DNA from: a virus
Taxonomy: Duplodnaviria > Heunggongvirae > Uroviricota > Caudoviricetes
Reading direction: 5' to 3' (one strand)
DNA: 64,000 nt
Virus record (IMG/VR): IMGVR_UViG_3300045988_142422
Shown: piece after piece, positions 37,659 through 47,931 of the stretch
Position numbering within the stretch: position 1 is the first letter of the stretch
How the letters are laid out: every line of letters begins with the position of its first letter
Position numbers and translations under genes: made by a program
The notes under the pieces: model-generated
What the model was told of the DNA's origin: nothing
The model's input: only the letters and a program-made list of their open reading frames with translations
The model's database searches: none

Positions 37659-37976
37659 GTATTCCTCCTGATGGCCGTGATGTAGGAAGGCCATCAATCT
37701 CCTCTGTTCAAACTGAGTTTTCGACTCAAAAATTACTTTAAAAGGCTATAGCCCATTACGTGTGCATTATCAAATTGTGTACGGCATATCACCGTACTTG
37801 TAATATAGAGGTCATTGTTACTTTTTTCAACAGACAAATACAAGCTATGATTGCCAATTGTTAATCACAACCTACCATTTAACCTTTACACCGCAGCCGT
37901 AGGCATTTAGGCTATATCACATATAAGAAAACAAGTTGTTTCAGACGATAATTATATACGCAAAGGGAACTCTCCA

Positions 37977-38645
37977 ATGACCAAGATCTTTGTGGTTGGC
38001 GGCACAAAGGGCGGGCCTGGCAAATCCACCGTTGCCCAGCAAATTGCCGTTTGCCTGAAAGTCAAAAAGAAGAAGAAGGTTTATATTACCGATATAGATA
38101 TTCAGCGCACGACAACGAGCTGGTGTGAAGACCGTCGACAGAACGAAGACCTTGAGCTGATTCCTTTTGCATACGTTCAGGATGACATCATTAAGCACCT
38201 AAAATCGCTTCAGGGTAGAGCTGAGTTTGTAGTGGTAGATGCTGGTGGCTTCGACTCCGAAATTCAGCGACAAGCGATGCTGATGGCTGACGTTATCATT
38301 ATCCCGCTGCGTCCTAAGCGTCGTGATTTGAAATCTTTACGTGACATCGATCCTATTATCGACAATGTTCGCAATGTAAACGATAAAGTGAAGGTCCGCG
38401 CGGTCATGAACCAGTGCCCGGCTTTGCCATCACAAGTGTCTCGCATTCTGGCGGCTAAAGAGATTGTTGAGACGTTTGGAATCGAGTCTGCGCCAGTCAA
38501 TCTGTATAACCGCAACGTCTATGATGATGCGGAAGAGTCTGGTCGTTCTATCTTTGAAATGACCGGTAGCGAGCGCGACAAAAAGGCGGAAGCCGAGTTT
38601 GAAGAATTTGTAGATTATCTGTTGAGTCTGGAGGAAGAAGAATAA
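37977..38645 (+). CDS. parA: ParA-family partition ATPase
   Basis: Deviant Walker A GGTKGGPGKST; 222 aa; followed by a small basic DNA-binding partner. Confidence 0.85.
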   Translation: MTKIFVVGGTKGGPGKSTVAQQIAVCLKVKKKKKVYITDIDIQRTTTSWCEDRRQNEDLELIPFAYVQDDIIKHLKSLQGRAEFVVVDAGGFDSEIQRQAMLMADVIIIPLRPKRRDLKSLRDIDPIIDNVRNVNDKVKVRAVMNQCPALPSQVSRILAAKEIVETFGIESAPVNLYNRNVYDDAEESGRSIFEMTGSERDKKAEAEFEEFVDYLLSLEEEE

Positions 38646-39004
38646 TGTCCATGAAAATGGGTGACCTAGCAAAGCGCAAAGAGCCTGATGCACCGGCTAA
38701 GAACACAACTCCTTTGCGCCAACCAGTCAGACCACAGGGACGCCCGACTCGTGGCAAAGAGAAAATTAAAAGCCGCACAATGTCACTGGAGGACGAATAC
38801 TTCGAACTGCTGGAGATGATGAAGTTCATCCCTCGCTTCGAGAAGTTCACTCGTTCTGACGTGATTCGAGCTGCTATTTTCCATCTTGCGGAGAAGACAC
38901 CGCAGGAAATCGAGGACATCGTGAAACTTAACGAGGCGATCACAGCTGCCGACGTAACGATGCGTACCGATGAAATCAAACGCGAGTTGATGAAGAAGAG
39001 TTAA
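38645..39004 (+). CDS. Small centromere-binding partition protein (ParG/RHH-like, putative)
   Basis: 119 aa, basic N-terminus, start overlaps the parA stop. Confidence 0.5.
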   Translation: MSMKMGDLAKRKEPDAPAKNTTPLRQPVRPQGRPTRGKEKIKSRTMSLEDEYFELLEMMKFIPRFEKFTRSDVIRAAIFHLAEKTPQEIEDIVKLNEAITAADVTMRTDEIKRELMKKS

Positions 39005-39009
39005 GAATA

Positions 39010-39035
39010 AGGCGCCAGATGGCGCCTATATTTTA
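39010..39035. terminator. Bidirectional intrinsic terminator between convergent genes
   Basis: AGGCGCC-AGAT-GGCGCCT hairpin followed by ATATTTT. Confidence 0.55.
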
Positions 39036-39042
39036 AAGTGGT

Positions 39043-39720
39043 TTATTTATTGCCAGACGGTAATACATAGTAGCGGATTGTAGTACCCTCCATTTCAATA
39101 ACCTTGAATGCAAGGTTTTTATATTCGACTTTTGTTTTCGCATCGGAAAGAGGCACTGAAAACTCGGTCTTAGTTTCATCTAAACTTGGGTAGCTTTCGG
39201 AATAAATAAATTTAAGGTCGTCGCCACTTTTGCCATTATAAGAAATAGACTGAACAATCTTTTTCTCTACATGGCAGGGGACATTTTGTGCGAATTTTAT
39301 GGATATTTCGGAGGCGTCGAACGTCGTAGTGTTGGGAGGAGATATAGTGTTTTTGACCTTGTCATACTTGACGTTATCAGTGTGGCTCACTACCTGCCCT
39401 GTAATGGCCTTCAGGCCAACAGCTTTTGAGTCTTCAAAGTTCCGGTAGACCCCACCACCAACGTGGCAGTAGTTGCCCGCTTTAATCTCAGACATCGAAC
39501 CAGAAGCGTTACCAAGAGTGACCATGTCGGTTTTTAACGTGGACACAAACGTGTTATAAACGACAAGGTCACCCATTTTCGCCTTTGACTCTACGTTAGA
39601 GGAAGGCAATATTTCTTGGGTTAGGATTGGTTTTACAGTGGCATTTTGTTGTGGGTTACTTTGTTGCGCGCAACCGGCTAATAATAAAACTAAAAGTGCC
39701 GCTGACTTATTCGCCTTCAT
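39043..39720 (-). CDS. Lipoprotein (putative superinfection-exclusion-type moron)
   Basis: MKANKSAALLVLLLAGC: signal peptide plus lipobox; gene is isolated on the minus strand between plus-strand modules and looks AT-richer than its neighbours. Confidence 0.6.
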   Translation of the reverse strand: MKANKSAALLVLLLAGCAQQSNPQQNATVKPILTQEILPSSNVESKAKMGDLVVYNTFVSTLKTDMVTLGNASGSMSEIKAGNYCHVGGGVYRNFEDSKAVGLKAITGQVVSHTDNVKYDKVKNTISPPNTTTFDASEISIKFAQNVPCHVEKKIVQSISYNGKSGDDLKFIYSESYPSLDETKTEFSVPLSDAKTKVEYKNLAFKVIEMEGTTIRYYVLPSGNK

Positions 39721-39920
39721 TCTTAATTCCCTTTCTACGTGATTGGTACATTGTTTATTTCTGGACGTTTCTTAAGTTGTAGACGCTATTCTGTGTCTGA
39801 GTAATCTACAATAATTTGTTACACTTAACAATGTTGCAACCGTCTGGCGTGCAGCTGTTTTGAAGTAGATCTTAAGGTTGCATACCATGAGACTAAAAAC
39901 TAGGTTGGGTTGGTTTTTGA

Positions 39921-39978
39921 CCTGCTTCCGTATATAAATACTAAGTTACTTATTATTATTTATACGGAAGCAGGTCTT
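39921..39978. repeat. 58-nt inverted-repeat element, copy B
   Basis: CCTGCTTCCGTATA ... TATACGGAAGCAGG perfect 14-bp arms around a CTAAGTTACTTATTA core; homologous to 7555-7611. Confidence 0.7.
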
Positions 39979-40083
39979 TTATCTGCTGACTTCCCAGATA
40001 CATTCCCTTCCGTTTCCACTTCCAAAAACTGCCACCAGTCGCTATCATCCGCTCATCGTGATAAGTAAGTAACTACCTACCAG

Positions 40084-40833
40084 GTGAGCCACATGAGCCA
40101 AATCTTTTTCGATACCATCGACAACTACCAGTACGACTTCATGACAGAGTGGAATACCGCTGTTATGGACAAGTGGGTCGCTGAAAACATTGGTTTGTCG
40201 CGCTGTAAAGATGAGGCTGAACTCTTCGAGACGAAGTGGTTTGATTACCGCGACATGCATCCTCTGATGGCCACCTGTCTATTTACGGAGACATACAAAC
40301 GTCAGTACTCAAATATCATGCTGACGCACGGTCGCGAACACTTTGAAACAGCTCCGTTCACCACCGGGTTAAAACGCCTGCCTTATCAGGAGTTGTCGAC
40401 TGCCAATAAAACGTCGCTATGGAAAGCACGCCAGTTTGCTGACCGCTATTGCTGCTCATACGACTACTTTATCTCCACCGTTCTTTCCGCAGCTGCACGA
40501 CGGCTGTGGGACAAGCTGCCGCGCCCACAGCATTTATGGCAGCCAGAGCTGATTGAGATATTCGAAGAGAAATTAGCCAGACGCGCAACAACCCGTCTGG
40601 ATGACTCTCTCGTTAGCTTTAAGCATATGGGAGACATGCAGTTCAACCCGATTCAGGAAAGCTATTTTGAGTGGATTCTGGAGCGTTTACGCACCATCCC
40701 CCGCAGCAAGCGCATACGCGCAATTTTCTCCGCTATCTGGCTAATGGAAATCGTTCCAGAGCGCCTTATTTCCGCCCACTTTCCAGAAGAACTGGAAGAA
40801 GCACGGCGGTTTATTGATCCCCTATCTAATTAA
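40084..40833 (+). CDS. Hypothetical protein, first gene of the replication block
   Basis: ATG with upstream purine-rich stretch. No motif I recognise. Confidence 0.45.
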   Translation: MSHMSQIFFDTIDNYQYDFMTEWNTAVMDKWVAENIGLSRCKDEAELFETKWFDYRDMHPLMATCLFTETYKRQYSNIMLTHGREHFETAPFTTGLKRLPYQELSTANKTSLWKARQFADRYCCSYDYFISTVLSAAARRLWDKLPRPQHLWQPELIEIFEEKLARRATTRLDDSLVSFKHMGDMQFNPIQESYFEWILERLRTIPRSKRIRAIFSAIWLMEIVPERLISAHFPEELEEARRFIDPLSN

Positions 40834-40876
40834 CTAATACTAGAAAACAATTTGTTTAAAAAACAAAGGAAAGCAC

Positions 40877-42217
40877 ATGACCGAACTTTGCCATACAGGA
40901 CGCGGGCTGTCCGAAGAGTTTGATGAAGATTTTCAGAACAGATTGACGGCCTATTTTTGTCGTGATCACGAGTTTCTTACTCGTGCTGGAGATCTGGTTG
41001 TACCTAGCCAATTTGCCAATGCGGCCAATGCCATATTGGTTAATATGGTTTCGGGCTATTACCGTATGTACAAGAGCGCGCCCTCTTCATCTGCAATTCT
41101 GGATATGCTTAAGCGTGCGAAACGCGATAAGACTATCCGTGAGGAACTATTCGCCGATGTTGTTGCTGCGTTTAAGCGCATCCTTGCAGAAAAATTGTCC
41201 GATACCTCGTACATGGTTGACCAGGTATCAACCTTCGCAAAAAGCGTAGCGTTTGATGATGCTCTGATTAAGGCTGCTGAACTGAAAGAGAAGGGCGACT
41301 TTCAGGGGGCGATGGCAATCATGGCCAAGGTTCAGCAGATAGGCTCGAACGAAGCAACCGGAATCTATGACTACTACACCTCAGCAAGTGAGCGACTGAA
41401 AGCGCGTGAATATGAGGCCTCAGAGGAGTATGTGCCAAACAGCATTACAACTGGACTCCCTCTGCTCGATAGGTTGCTGTACCAAAAAGGCTGGGCGAAG
41501 CGTGAAATGGTGCTCTTCATGGGGTTCGCTAAATCCGGTAAATCGACCGCAATGGGTGAGTTTTCCATAAACGCAACGCTTGCTGGCTACAATGTTCTGT
41601 ATCTCTCGCTGGAGGTTCACACCACCATTTTATCCGACCGTTTTGATGCAAGATTGTCGGAGACGGAAATGTCCAAGTTGGTGGAACGGCGCGATGAAGT
41701 TCATCGTAAGTTGGCAGAGTTGGGAGCCTCTAAGGGGATTGGTAGTTTGTGGGTTGTTGAGCGTCCGTCAGGAAGTATGTCACCGGCAGATCTGGACCGT
41801 ATGCTTAACAGCATGAAAGCCAACGGCATGGTGCCTGACATGGTTGTTGTCGACTACGCAGATTTGATGCGTGCCAGTTATGACCTTCGTGATGATCGCG
41901 CCAACATACGTAGTATCTATACCGACTTACGTGCTCTTTATGACAAACACAACGTTGCTGGTATCACAGCATCGCAAACAAACCGTGAAGGTGGCGCGTC
42001 AGAAGTTGCCACAATGATGCACGCTGCCGACAACATCGAAAAAGTACGTATTGCTGACCTGGTAATAACGATCAACAAAACAGAAGAAGAAGAAGCGAAA
42101 GGAGAGGCTCGTCTCTACTTTGCTGGTTCACGTAACCAGCAGGGAGGGATCAGCATTCGCGTTAAACAAAACCTCGAACAAATGCGCTTCATTGAGCGAA
42201 TCTTAGACGTTACCTAA
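40877..42217 (+). CDS. DnaB-like replicative helicase
   Basis: RecA-type core with Walker A GFAKSGKST and Walker B-like VVVDYADL; AAAGGA before ATG. Confidence 0.7.
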   Translation: MTELCHTGRGLSEEFDEDFQNRLTAYFCRDHEFLTRAGDLVVPSQFANAANAILVNMVSGYYRMYKSAPSSSAILDMLKRAKRDKTIREELFADVVAAFKRILAEKLSDTSYMVDQVSTFAKSVAFDDALIKAAELKEKGDFQGAMAIMAKVQQIGSNEATGIYDYYTSASERLKAREYEASEEYVPNSITTGLPLLDRLLYQKGWAKREMVLFMGFAKSGKSTAMGEFSINATLAGYNVLYLSLEVHTTILSDRFDARLSETEMSKLVERRDEVHRKLAELGASKGIGSLWVVERPSGSMSPADLDRMLNSMKANGMVPDMVVVDYADLMRASYDLRDDRANIRSIYTDLRALYDKHNVAGITASQTNREGGASEVATMMHAADNIEKVRIADLVITINKTEEEEAKGEARLYFAGSRNQQGGISIRVKQNLEQMRFIERILDVT

Positions 42218-42364
42218 AAAATAAGCGTGGAGAACGCCTCCACGCTTGATTCATTGGTGAAACAACTTTTCTTTTGCCAAACCACAAAAGAAAAACACAT
42301 GAGCCTTTATGTTATATCAACATTTAGGTTGGTCACAATATTGCCTATTAAAAGTTGAATTATC

Positions 42365-43477
42365 GTGAGCGAGCTGAAAGAGCTAATTACCGAATTAGAT
42401 TTTGAACAATGGTTGGACACTGAAGGTATCGTTTATCGACGTGGAGGCGTGAGTGCTCGCGGTCGTGAAGTGAATATCAAGGAGTGTCCGGTATGCGGCA
42501 GCTCCAACTGGAAGGTATATTTCAATCTGACCAGTGGCGTCGGTAAATGCTTCGCTGGTGATCATCCCGAAGAGATTCAGTTCAATAAGCTGGTCTTCCT
42601 CAAGCACTACAGCGGCAAATCACGACGACAGTTCGAGGAATATGTGCAGAACGCCCTTCTTTCCCAGGGGTGGGCACCAAAGAAAGAAGAGATAGTGCTT
42701 GCAAGCACAGTCGAGTTAGAGGGACCACTTGCACTCCCTCGTCATTACGAACTTCCTATAGATGGCCGTCTTCCAGACTATCTGGTTGAACGAAACATAT
42801 CGCCTGAAATGGCAAAGTATTTTGACCTACGATACTGCGTCGAAGGTAAGCACGCCTATGTAGATCCGTATACAGATCAGGTTAAAGGACAGATATTCGA
42901 TATGCGAATACTGATACCGGTTTACGATCTGGATGGGGTAATGAAGACATTTCAGGGACGAGACATTACCGGTACAGCAGAACGCCGCTACCTCTTTCCT
43001 ATGCAGCTTCCAGCTTCAGGTAAGTTTCTCTACAACGGCCATAATGCAGTCGGCAAACAGACTGTAGTTGTCTGTGAGGGGGCGTTCGATGTTATGGGGG
43101 TTAAACGAGCTATTTTTGACGAAGAAACATTACGTGATTACGTGGAACCAATAGGAACGTTCGGGATGCATCTATCTGGTAACACCACTCAGGATGCAGA
43201 AGATCAGTTAGGCGCGTTCCTGACGCTCAAGGCGCGTGGGTTACGTAATGTGATCATGATGTGGGATAGTGAAAAGCAAGCTATACGTAATACGATGGCC
43301 GCAGCCAGGCGACTGACCAGTATTGGTCTTAATGTCAAAGTGGCGTGTTTGGGCGAGGAAGGACTCGACCCGGGCGATGCAACGCCAGAGCAAATCATCA
43401 AAGCCTATTATCGGGCAAAACCGTATACCAAGCAGTTGGAGTTACAAAGCAAGGTTTTGGGCATTAAGGCTCTATGA
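42365..43477 (+). CDS. DNA primase (zinc-finger plus TOPRIM)
   Basis: CPVCGSS...GKCF zinc-binding motif and TOPRIM-like VVVCEGAFDVMG; GTG start. Confidence 0.65.
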   Translation: MSELKELITELDFEQWLDTEGIVYRRGGVSARGREVNIKECPVCGSSNWKVYFNLTSGVGKCFAGDHPEEIQFNKLVFLKHYSGKSRRQFEEYVQNALLSQGWAPKKEEIVLASTVELEGPLALPRHYELPIDGRLPDYLVERNISPEMAKYFDLRYCVEGKHAYVDPYTDQVKGQIFDMRILIPVYDLDGVMKTFQGRDITGTAERRYLFPMQLPASGKFLYNGHNAVGKQTVVVCEGAFDVMGVKRAIFDEETLRDYVEPIGTFGMHLSGNTTQDAEDQLGAFLTLKARGLRNVIMMWDSEKQAIRNTMAAARRLTSIGLNVKVACLGEEGLDPGDATPEQIIKAYYRAKPYTKQLELQSKVLGIKAL

Positions 43478-43555
43478 TAACAATCACCTTTAAAATAAGT
43501 AGATGATTACTTATCTTTCTGTGAGAATACTTTCATCTGTTAGCTAGGAGTTGGT

Positions 43556-44332
43556 ATGAAAGACGAAATTCAGAAATTAGCCTGCGACATCATTGATAAA
43601 ACTGGTTTAGAAATCAGCGAGAGCAATCGGCTAGACATCATTGAAAAAGCCGTAAAAACAGCAATGGATCATATCGCCACTCGTTTGGTCGAGATCCCGC
43701 TACCAGGGCTACCTTATCTGAAAGTTGAGTTACACGTATGGGGTGAATCTTCTTGTTCACGGCGTTCTGCATTAGTTGTTTTTATTAGCAAAGAAAACCC
43801 GCTCAGTCTTAAAGTGCAGGTTGGTGCATGGATGGATGGAAAAGTGATCTACACAAATACCGTTTTTTGTCTTTCAAACGACGAAACTATTGAAGCGGCC
43901 ATTCAAGAAGCAGTTCTAGCAATGCGCAGCAGCGGTTTGATGAAGAATAACTACGAAGAGTACTTGCGTTCGATAAGTGGTGAAAAGACATTATCTCTGA
44001 AAGCAGATTTCGTTACCCCGAAAAATCTGTTGGAAGTCTTGCTTAATAAAGGGGCTAATGATGCCGTAAATGTAATCAGAGAGAGTGAGTATGCGTCTCT
44101 TTGCGACATGTGCAAAAGCCAGTTGGATCTGGTGCATATCGTTATTGATGCTGGGAAGGCATGTGATGGCGTAATGGCGGAATTTGCTTGGAAGGTGGTC
44201 AGGATTGCTAACGAATTACCGATGATAGAGCAAGAGGCCAAATCATACGCCACCAATCATGTCACAGAGCTTCTTGTCCCCTATCGCTTAGAAAGCAATC
44301 AGCGCAAGATGGTTAGCTGGGGAAGTTGGTAA
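43556..44332 (+). CDS. Hypothetical protein (258 aa)
   Basis: ORF with ATG start in the replication block. Confidence 0.45.
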   Translation: MKDEIQKLACDIIDKTGLEISESNRLDIIEKAVKTAMDHIATRLVEIPLPGLPYLKVELHVWGESSCSRRSALVVFISKENPLSLKVQVGAWMDGKVIYTNTVFCLSNDETIEAAIQEAVLAMRSSGLMKNNYEEYLRSISGEKTLSLKADFVTPKNLLEVLLNKGANDAVNVIRESEYASLCDMCKSQLDLVHIVIDAGKACDGVMAEFAWKVVRIANELPMIEQEAKSYATNHVTELLVPYRLESNQRKMVSWGSW

Positions 44333-44387
44333 TCTCTCCGCGCGTCGTTTTTTACGCAAATAACGATAGGTAAGTACAAGATTATTT

Positions 44388-44870
44388 ATGGCGGTAGTTG
44401 TGAAAGCTGATTTGTCAAAAATCCCTTCTATTTCAGGAAATAACGGTTATTCACTTCGTTGTGAGGAAGTAAAGATAAACGGTGAGTCGGCATATTGCAG
44501 CTATTCCGTTTGCCAGCACACCATTCTTGCCTTCAAAGAAAACCGTCTTCCTCGAACTTCTTTCCAGTCGTGCGCAACCGCTATTAAAGCAGGCAAATGC
44601 AAGGCGTTAAAAATGATGGTTGAAGAGATTCGTAAAGGAGAATCTCTGTATTTCGAAGATATGACCGCGCTCATTAAGGAGGTTGAAGAACGGAATAAAC
44701 AAGCCAGAACTATAAAACGAAAACGTGACAGTGTAACGATTAATAGCATGGTTAAGAAGAGCACCACATCACAAACAGCGATCACTGACGTGTATGCGGC
44801 GTTGCTTGAAGAAACAACAAAAGAAACACATGAGCAAATCGATCAACATATGGAGGTAAAACAACAATGA
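44388..44870 (+). CDS. Hypothetical protein (160 aa)
   Basis: ORF with ATG start; its stop overlaps the ligase start. Confidence 0.45.
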   Translation: MAVVVKADLSKIPSISGNNGYSLRCEEVKINGESAYCSYSVCQHTILAFKENRLPRTSFQSCATAIKAGKCKALKMMVEEIRKGESLYFEDMTALIKEVEERNKQARTIKRKRDSVTINSMVKKSTTSQTAITDVYAALLEETTKETHEQIDQHMEVKQQ

Positions 44871-46189
44871 AAAAGTTGATCGCACTTAAGCATAAGCTGG
44901 ACGAAATGAAAGCTATGGGAACCAATGCAAAAAAAGAGGCATTGGCCAACATGGATGACTTCGAGCAAAGCATGGTTTCATTGATGCTCAACCCTTTCAT
45001 CCGTTTTGGGGTAAAGAAATACAAAGTGGCAGAGCCGCTTAGTGAGTCCATCCCAAGTGACGAAAAAGCCATTGATGTACTGAATAAGCTGGCCTCTCGC
45101 GAGCTAACGGGGAACGCAGCAATAGCAGCTGTTGAGTCTATCGTGGCGTCAATGTGCGCCGATGGGCAGGACGTGTTCCGTCGTTTCCTCTTAAAAGACC
45201 CGAAAGCAGGTGTTGGGATTAGCCTATGCAACAAGGTTTTTGAAAATCCCATTCCGAAATTCGAGGTGCAGCTGGCGTCACCGTATAAAGAAAAAGGCGA
45301 CAAATACCCCTTCAAGCCAAATCCTAAAGCAAAATGGCCGATGATTGGCAGTCTTAAGCTCGATGGTTTGCGAGTAATTTGCGAGGTTATTGTTGACGAG
45401 GAAGAGGTTAACTTCCTTTCTCGTACTGGTAATCCAATCACGTCTCTCGATCACCTAAAGCCAGCAATGCTCGAATTAGGCAAACTTTCAGGCCACAAAC
45501 ACATCTTCTTCGATGGTGAAGGAACAGCAGGTTCATTTAACCAGTCCGTATCTGCATTGCGCAAAAAGAACGTGCAGGCAATTGGCGCTATTTATCATGT
45601 TTTCGACTTCTTCCTACCGGAATGGCGAGCACAGGCTAAATCCAAAGAGTATGCAAAGACAGGTATGAAGCTGAAAGAGCGCCTGGCTATGCTGGTGGCG
45701 TTGTTCAAAAACGATCGCAGTGAAGGCTACACACAAGACATTCACCTGCATCCGTTCTATATCATCCATAGCCACGAAGACTTCATCGAACGCTTCATGA
45801 AACGCCTGGACGATAACGAAGAAGGGGAGATGGGCAAAGATCCGAACTCTGTTTACGAGTTTAAACGTACCCGCAGCTGGTGGAAGTTAAAAGACGAAGA
45901 TTCAGAAGATGGTGAAATTATCGACTTTGAGCCGGGCGACCCGGACTCTGGTTTTGCCAATACACTTGGAAAAATTGTTATTCGTCTTGAAAACGGCGTC
46001 ATCGTTCGTGCGGGCGGCATTAAGCATAAATATCTGGATGAGATCTGGAACAACAAAGAGAAGTACCGTGGTCGTATTGTCGAGGTTCATTGTCACGAGA
46101 AAACACCGGACGGCAGCTTACGCCACCCACGACTGAAATGGCCGCGTTGCTTACGCGATACAGAAGATCGAATCGGAGATAAAGAATGA
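44867..46189 (+). CDS. ATP-dependent DNA ligase
   Basis: Adenylation motif I GSLKLDGLR with the catalytic lysine. Confidence 0.8.
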   Translation: MKKLIALKHKLDEMKAMGTNAKKEALANMDDFEQSMVSLMLNPFIRFGVKKYKVAEPLSESIPSDEKAIDVLNKLASRELTGNAAIAAVESIVASMCADGQDVFRRFLLKDPKAGVGISLCNKVFENPIPKFEVQLASPYKEKGDKYPFKPNPKAKWPMIGSLKLDGLRVICEVIVDEEEVNFLSRTGNPITSLDHLKPAMLELGKLSGHKHIFFDGEGTAGSFNQSVSALRKKNVQAIGAIYHVFDFFLPEWRAQAKSKEYAKTGMKLKERLAMLVALFKNDRSEGYTQDIHLHPFYIIHSHEDFIERFMKRLDDNEEGEMGKDPNSVYEFKRTRSWWKLKDEDSEDGEIIDFEPGDPDSGFANTLGKIVIRLENGVIVRAGGIKHKYLDEIWNNKEKYRGRIVEVHCHEKTPDGSLRHPRLKWPRCLRDTEDRIGDKE

Positions 46190-46365
46190 TGCTCGGCTGG
46201 ATGATTGCATTTTTAGCAGTTGGTTTTTTCATAGGTATTGTGGTGATGTCCAGTTGCATCAATGACTACATTAAAAGCGGTGTTATAGAAAGACGCGGTC
46301 GTATTTATCGCATTGTAGAAATAACCAACACCCTGAAGGAGATTAAGGATGATCGTATTAAGTAA
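46186..46365 (+). CDS. Small membrane protein (59 aa), paralog of 46561-46713
   Basis: ATGA overlap with the ligase stop; reads MMLGWMIAFLAVGFFIGIVVMSSCINDYIKSGVIERRGRIYRIVEI. Below the 60-aa track cutoff, translated by hand. Confidence 0.4.
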   Translation: MMLGWMIAFLAVGFFIGIVVMSSCINDYIKSGVIERRGRIYRIVEITNTLKEIKDDRIK

Positions 46366-46564
46366 ACGGGAGAAGGAAACGCTTCATGAAATCAGTAAGT
46401 GGCCGGAGTTCCCTGAGTACTGGAAGCCTAAAACGCGAGCTAAGTTAGAGCGTTTAGGGTTGGTTGCAAACGTTTCTGAAACGTGGTGTTCGGCCAACTA
46501 CCAGTTAACTGATAAAGGGAAAGTATTGCTACAGCAATTAGTAGAATCAGGAGTGTTAAAATGA
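46349..46564 (+). CDS. Hypothetical small protein (71 aa)
   Basis: ORF overlapping its neighbours on both sides. Confidence 0.4.
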   Translation: MIVLSKREKETLHEISKWPEFPEYWKPKTRAKLERLGLVANVSETWCSANYQLTDKGKVLLQQLVESGVLK

Positions 46565-46713
46565 TTCCATACATCTCATTAGCTTTTATGGGTGGCTTCC
46601 TTATCGGCTTCGGCATCTGTCGTGATTTAATTAAGCAGGAACTTAAAACCAAAACACTGTGCATCGGAAAGCGTGTGTATCGGGTAGTTCATGAAACAAA
46701 GGTGAAAAAATGA
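46561..46713 (+). CDS. Small membrane protein (50 aa), paralog of 46186-46365
   Basis: Reads MIPYISLAFMGGFLIGFGICRDLIKQELKTKTLCIGKRVYRVVHETK; shares the TM helix plus G(K/R)R(V/I)YR(V/I)VE pattern. Hand translation. Confidence 0.4.
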   Translation: MIPYISLAFMGGFLIGFGICRDLIKQELKTKTLCIGKRVYRVVHETKVKK

Positions 46714-47000
46714 GCAATTTAACTTCTTGGGAATGGTGGTTGGCCACCTATTTCTTAGCGGCCGGAGTCGCATTCGCCTTTTACGTAGGTCAGTTAGTCG
46801 TAAAACTGTTGCTGATTAAATTTGCTAGTCATAAACGTATCGATGATGGTCTGTGGCGTCTTGGCACCCTGGTGGAAACTCGCTACGGGCAACTTAAGGA
46901 GAACGAAACCATTACTATCCAAGCGAAACGATTCACTGCCACCATTACAAGAACACCTAGTCGTAGAGTGGCCTTGATCAAAAAAGTCACAACCGAATAA
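46710..47000 (+). CDS. Small membrane protein (96 aa)
   Basis: N-terminal hydrophobic helix WWLATYFLAAGVAFAFYVGQLVV. Confidence 0.45.
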   Translation: MSNLTSWEWWLATYFLAAGVAFAFYVGQLVVKLLLIKFASHKRIDDGLWRLGTLVETRYGQLKENETITIQAKRFTATITRTPSRRVALIKKVTTE

Positions 47001-47778
47001 AAACATATTGATAAGTATTTACTTACTTATCTTTTGTGTATAAGATGACTTTGTTTTCGTTGAGACGCGACTGTTTGAACTTAAATACAAGTGCAAACGA
47101 AGAAGTCTATCTGGCAGTAGCCTAATAAGCCAAACACCAGCGAGGTCAGTTTCCAGCCTCGTTACCGAAATGGGACACACTGAGCGAGTGTGATTGCAGA
47201 ACGCAGGAGGGAACATTCATGTTCCCTCCGATGAAGTAACAGAATGGGCGGTTGGTATATTTTCAACTCCATATGACTCCCGGATTCTTAGCCACTGACC
47301 GCCCATCCTGTTACGTCATTTTGTTCAATTATGTCGTTTATACTGGGTTAAAAAGCGGCGACGTAGCCCGGCTGGTATGGTTAGCCAGCACACAACGTTG
47401 AGGCCATTACATTTTTATCAATTCTAAGGTTCTATTCACAGAGATACCGGCGAGCGTTGATATGTAACATGTTGGGCAAACATTCAATCGGAGTAGTGGC
47501 CTCAACGTTGTGAAGACAGGATTGTTGTGTAGGTTTAACCACTGTTGCCATTGGTGCCTGTTTTCACAACAAATGATTCCATACATCACATTGTATAAAT
47601 TACAAAGTAGGTGCTGTCCTCAGAAACATCATCTACTTAAAGAGTTTGCCTTCTACTATTGAGCGAAGTCGAAAGCGTCTGGCACTAACGAAAAGTGCAA
47701 GTAGCGGTGCGTTTCCTGGCAGAAACTAAACCGTCGCGATTGGCACTGTTGAGTAATAAATACAGGCAGTGCTGAATT

Positions 47779-47853
47779 GATGGTGTAGCTCAGCGGTAGA
47801 GCAGTTGGCTGTTAACCAACTGGTCGGTGGTTCGAATCCACCCACCATCGCCA
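47779..47853 (+). tRNA. tRNA-Asn (anticodon GTT)
   Basis: Cloverleaf readable by eye: acceptor GATGGTG/CACCATC, D-arm TAGCTCAGCGGTAGAGC, anticodon loop CTGTTAA, T-arm GGTTCGAATCC, 3' GCCA. Confidence 0.8.
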
Positions 47854-47855
47854 AT

Positions 47856-47931
47856 GCCGGTTTAGCTCAGTTGGTAGAGCGCCTGCCTTGTAAGCAGGAT
47901 GTCAGCGGTTCGAGTCCGTTAACCGGCACCA
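47856..47931 (+). tRNA. tRNA-Thr (anticodon TGT)
   Basis: Acceptor GCCGGTT/AACCGGC, D-arm TAGCTCAGTTGGTAGAGC, anticodon loop CTTGTAA, T-loop TTCGAGT, 3' ACCA. Confidence 0.85.

Noticed and set aside
47238-47310. Possible extra tRNA: 7-bp acceptor-like stem GGGCGGT/ACCGCCC
   Set aside because: Only about 45 nt lie between the stem strands and no D- or T-arm motifs are present; treated as a hairpin, not a tRNA gene.
47001-47778. Retron or toxin-RNA (ToxI-like) locus in the structured non-coding region
   Set aside because: No reverse transcriptase or ToxN-like gene is adjacent and no tandem short repeats are present.
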